This document shows, in pieces, positions 39,008-39,865 of a DNA stretch of 39,865 nucleotides. The DNA comes from Seison nebaliae. Its lineage: Eukaryota. The number at the start of each line of letters is the position of its first letter. Positions within the stretch are counted from its first letter, which is position 1. Location: positions 1-39,865 of the forward strand of contig JALJEE010002520.1 in the NCBI GenBank assembly GCA_023231475.1. Reading direction: 5' to 3'. A model generated the notes under the pieces. That model made no database searches. It worked only from the letters and a program-made list of their open reading frames with translations, and had not been told where the DNA came from. The position numbers and the translations under genes were made by a program.

Positions 39008-39406
39008 CTATAAATTTTGTTTGATCAGTTCCTTCACTCGACCGATATTGGAACCTTTCACTTCATCCAATTTCTTCCCATCTTTAAAGATCTGAAATGT
39101 TGGCATAACCGTAACATCACATTCGGCAGTGAAATCCTCTTCCTCATCTACGTCCACTTTAAAGAATTTTACGTTCGTATATTCTTTCGCCAACTCTTCA
39201 TAATCGGGAGCGATCTGTTTACACGGTCCACACCATGTCGCGAAAAAATCGATTATTGATAATCCTGATTTACCTTCTTTCTCGAAAGTCTCTTTCGTGG
39301 CGTCCTTGAAGAAATTTTGAGACATGATCGAACTGAAGAATAATTGTCTTGTTGGGGGAAGAATGAGAAAGGTACGTTGTAGAAAGTTTCTTGTCAAATG
39401 ATTCAT
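39008..39406 (-). CDS. Thioredoxin with an N-terminal extension
   Basis: IDFFATWCGPCKQIAP, FFKVDVDE, MPTFQIFKDG; second Met at 39325. Confidence 0.95.
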   Translation of the reverse strand: MNHLTRNFLQRTFLILPPTRQLFFSSIMSQNFFKDATKETFEKEGKSGLSIIDFFATWCGPCKQIAPDYEELAKEYTNVKFFKVDVDEEEDFTAECDVTVMPTFQIFKDGKKLDEVKGSNIGRVKELIKQNL

Positions 39407-39603
39407 CTAATGAAATGCAAACAACACAAGAAATGAGATTAATGAGAAAATTAGAGGATTTTATCTCAACAAAATTTTTTTCCATTTTAAATTTTTTGGC
39501 TTATTTTTTCGTTAGTCAATAATTCACTTAATTGTCTCCATTAAACATTCTTCCCTAGAATCATTAGATAAGAGTGAAGACATTAATCGCTTCTACAAAC
39601 AGA

Positions 39604-39745
39604 GTAATCATGACAACTAATCACTTAAAGATGGCGTCATGCCAATTACATAATTAGCTTAAAATTTAAAAATTTTGAAAAAAATTTTTTTTAATTTTTT
39701 TTAAACTTCTTTTCACAAAAACAACTGTCGTGGTCATATATAAAT
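39604..39745. promoter_or_regulatory. Divergent promoter region: X-box-like GTAATCATGACAAC, YY1-like AAGATGGCG (39628-39636), TATATAAA (~39737)
   Basis: Motif matches between the thioredoxin start and a possible ATG at 39837. Confidence 0.35.
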
Positions 39746-39836
39746 GACTGGCTCAGAGAAGAAAAAGAAACACGAGTTTTAAGAGAGAATTAATATTAAA
39801 TAAAATCCCTTTCTATATATTGTATCTTTGTGCACT

Positions 39837-39865
39837 ATGTCTGGTAAGTCAAGCCAGAAAGAACT
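39837..39865 (+). CDS. Possible start of a downstream gene (ATG TCT G, then GTAAGT donor or reading on as MSGKSSQKE), truncated by the window
   Basis: ATG at 39837 after an AT-rich, TATA-containing region; too short to identify. Confidence 0.3.

Overview
Gene-dense, very AT-rich eukaryotic (metazoan) genomic DNA with many tiny introns (mostly 41-65 nt). The organism cannot be fixed from the sequence; a compact invertebrate genome is inferred. Manual splicing of the ORF track gives, in order: proteasome lid subunit Rpn6/PSMD11 (+); a secreted 4xFN2 + Thr-rich + cationic-tail protein (-); a WD40 protein (-); SEC63 (+); LSM6 (-); DNase II (+); an orphan with a Lys/Arg/Ser-rich tail (+); Mp20/calponin (+); tRNA-Sec (+); a secreted orphan (-); a highly divergent lamin with no CaaX found (-); a DAPK locus apparently split into a kinase part and an ankyrin-ROC-COR-death-domain part (+); a type I membrane protein (+); an HhH-domain orphan (+); SCaMC/SLC25A24-like carrier (-); and thioredoxin (-). 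Main signals: (1) a complete RNase P RNA gene nested in sense orientation in DAPK intron 3, ending 25 nt before the 3' splice site; (2) 38 of 42 reconstructed coding-region introns start GTT and none starts GTRAG, 11 end in AAG/GAG, and GTRAG donors appear only at apparent cap-proximal positions; (3) the split DAPK; (4) the lamin lacking CaaX; (5) a possible furin-released cationic amphipathic peptide region. All exon boundaries come from reading-frame and recalled-homology reasoning, not transcript data.
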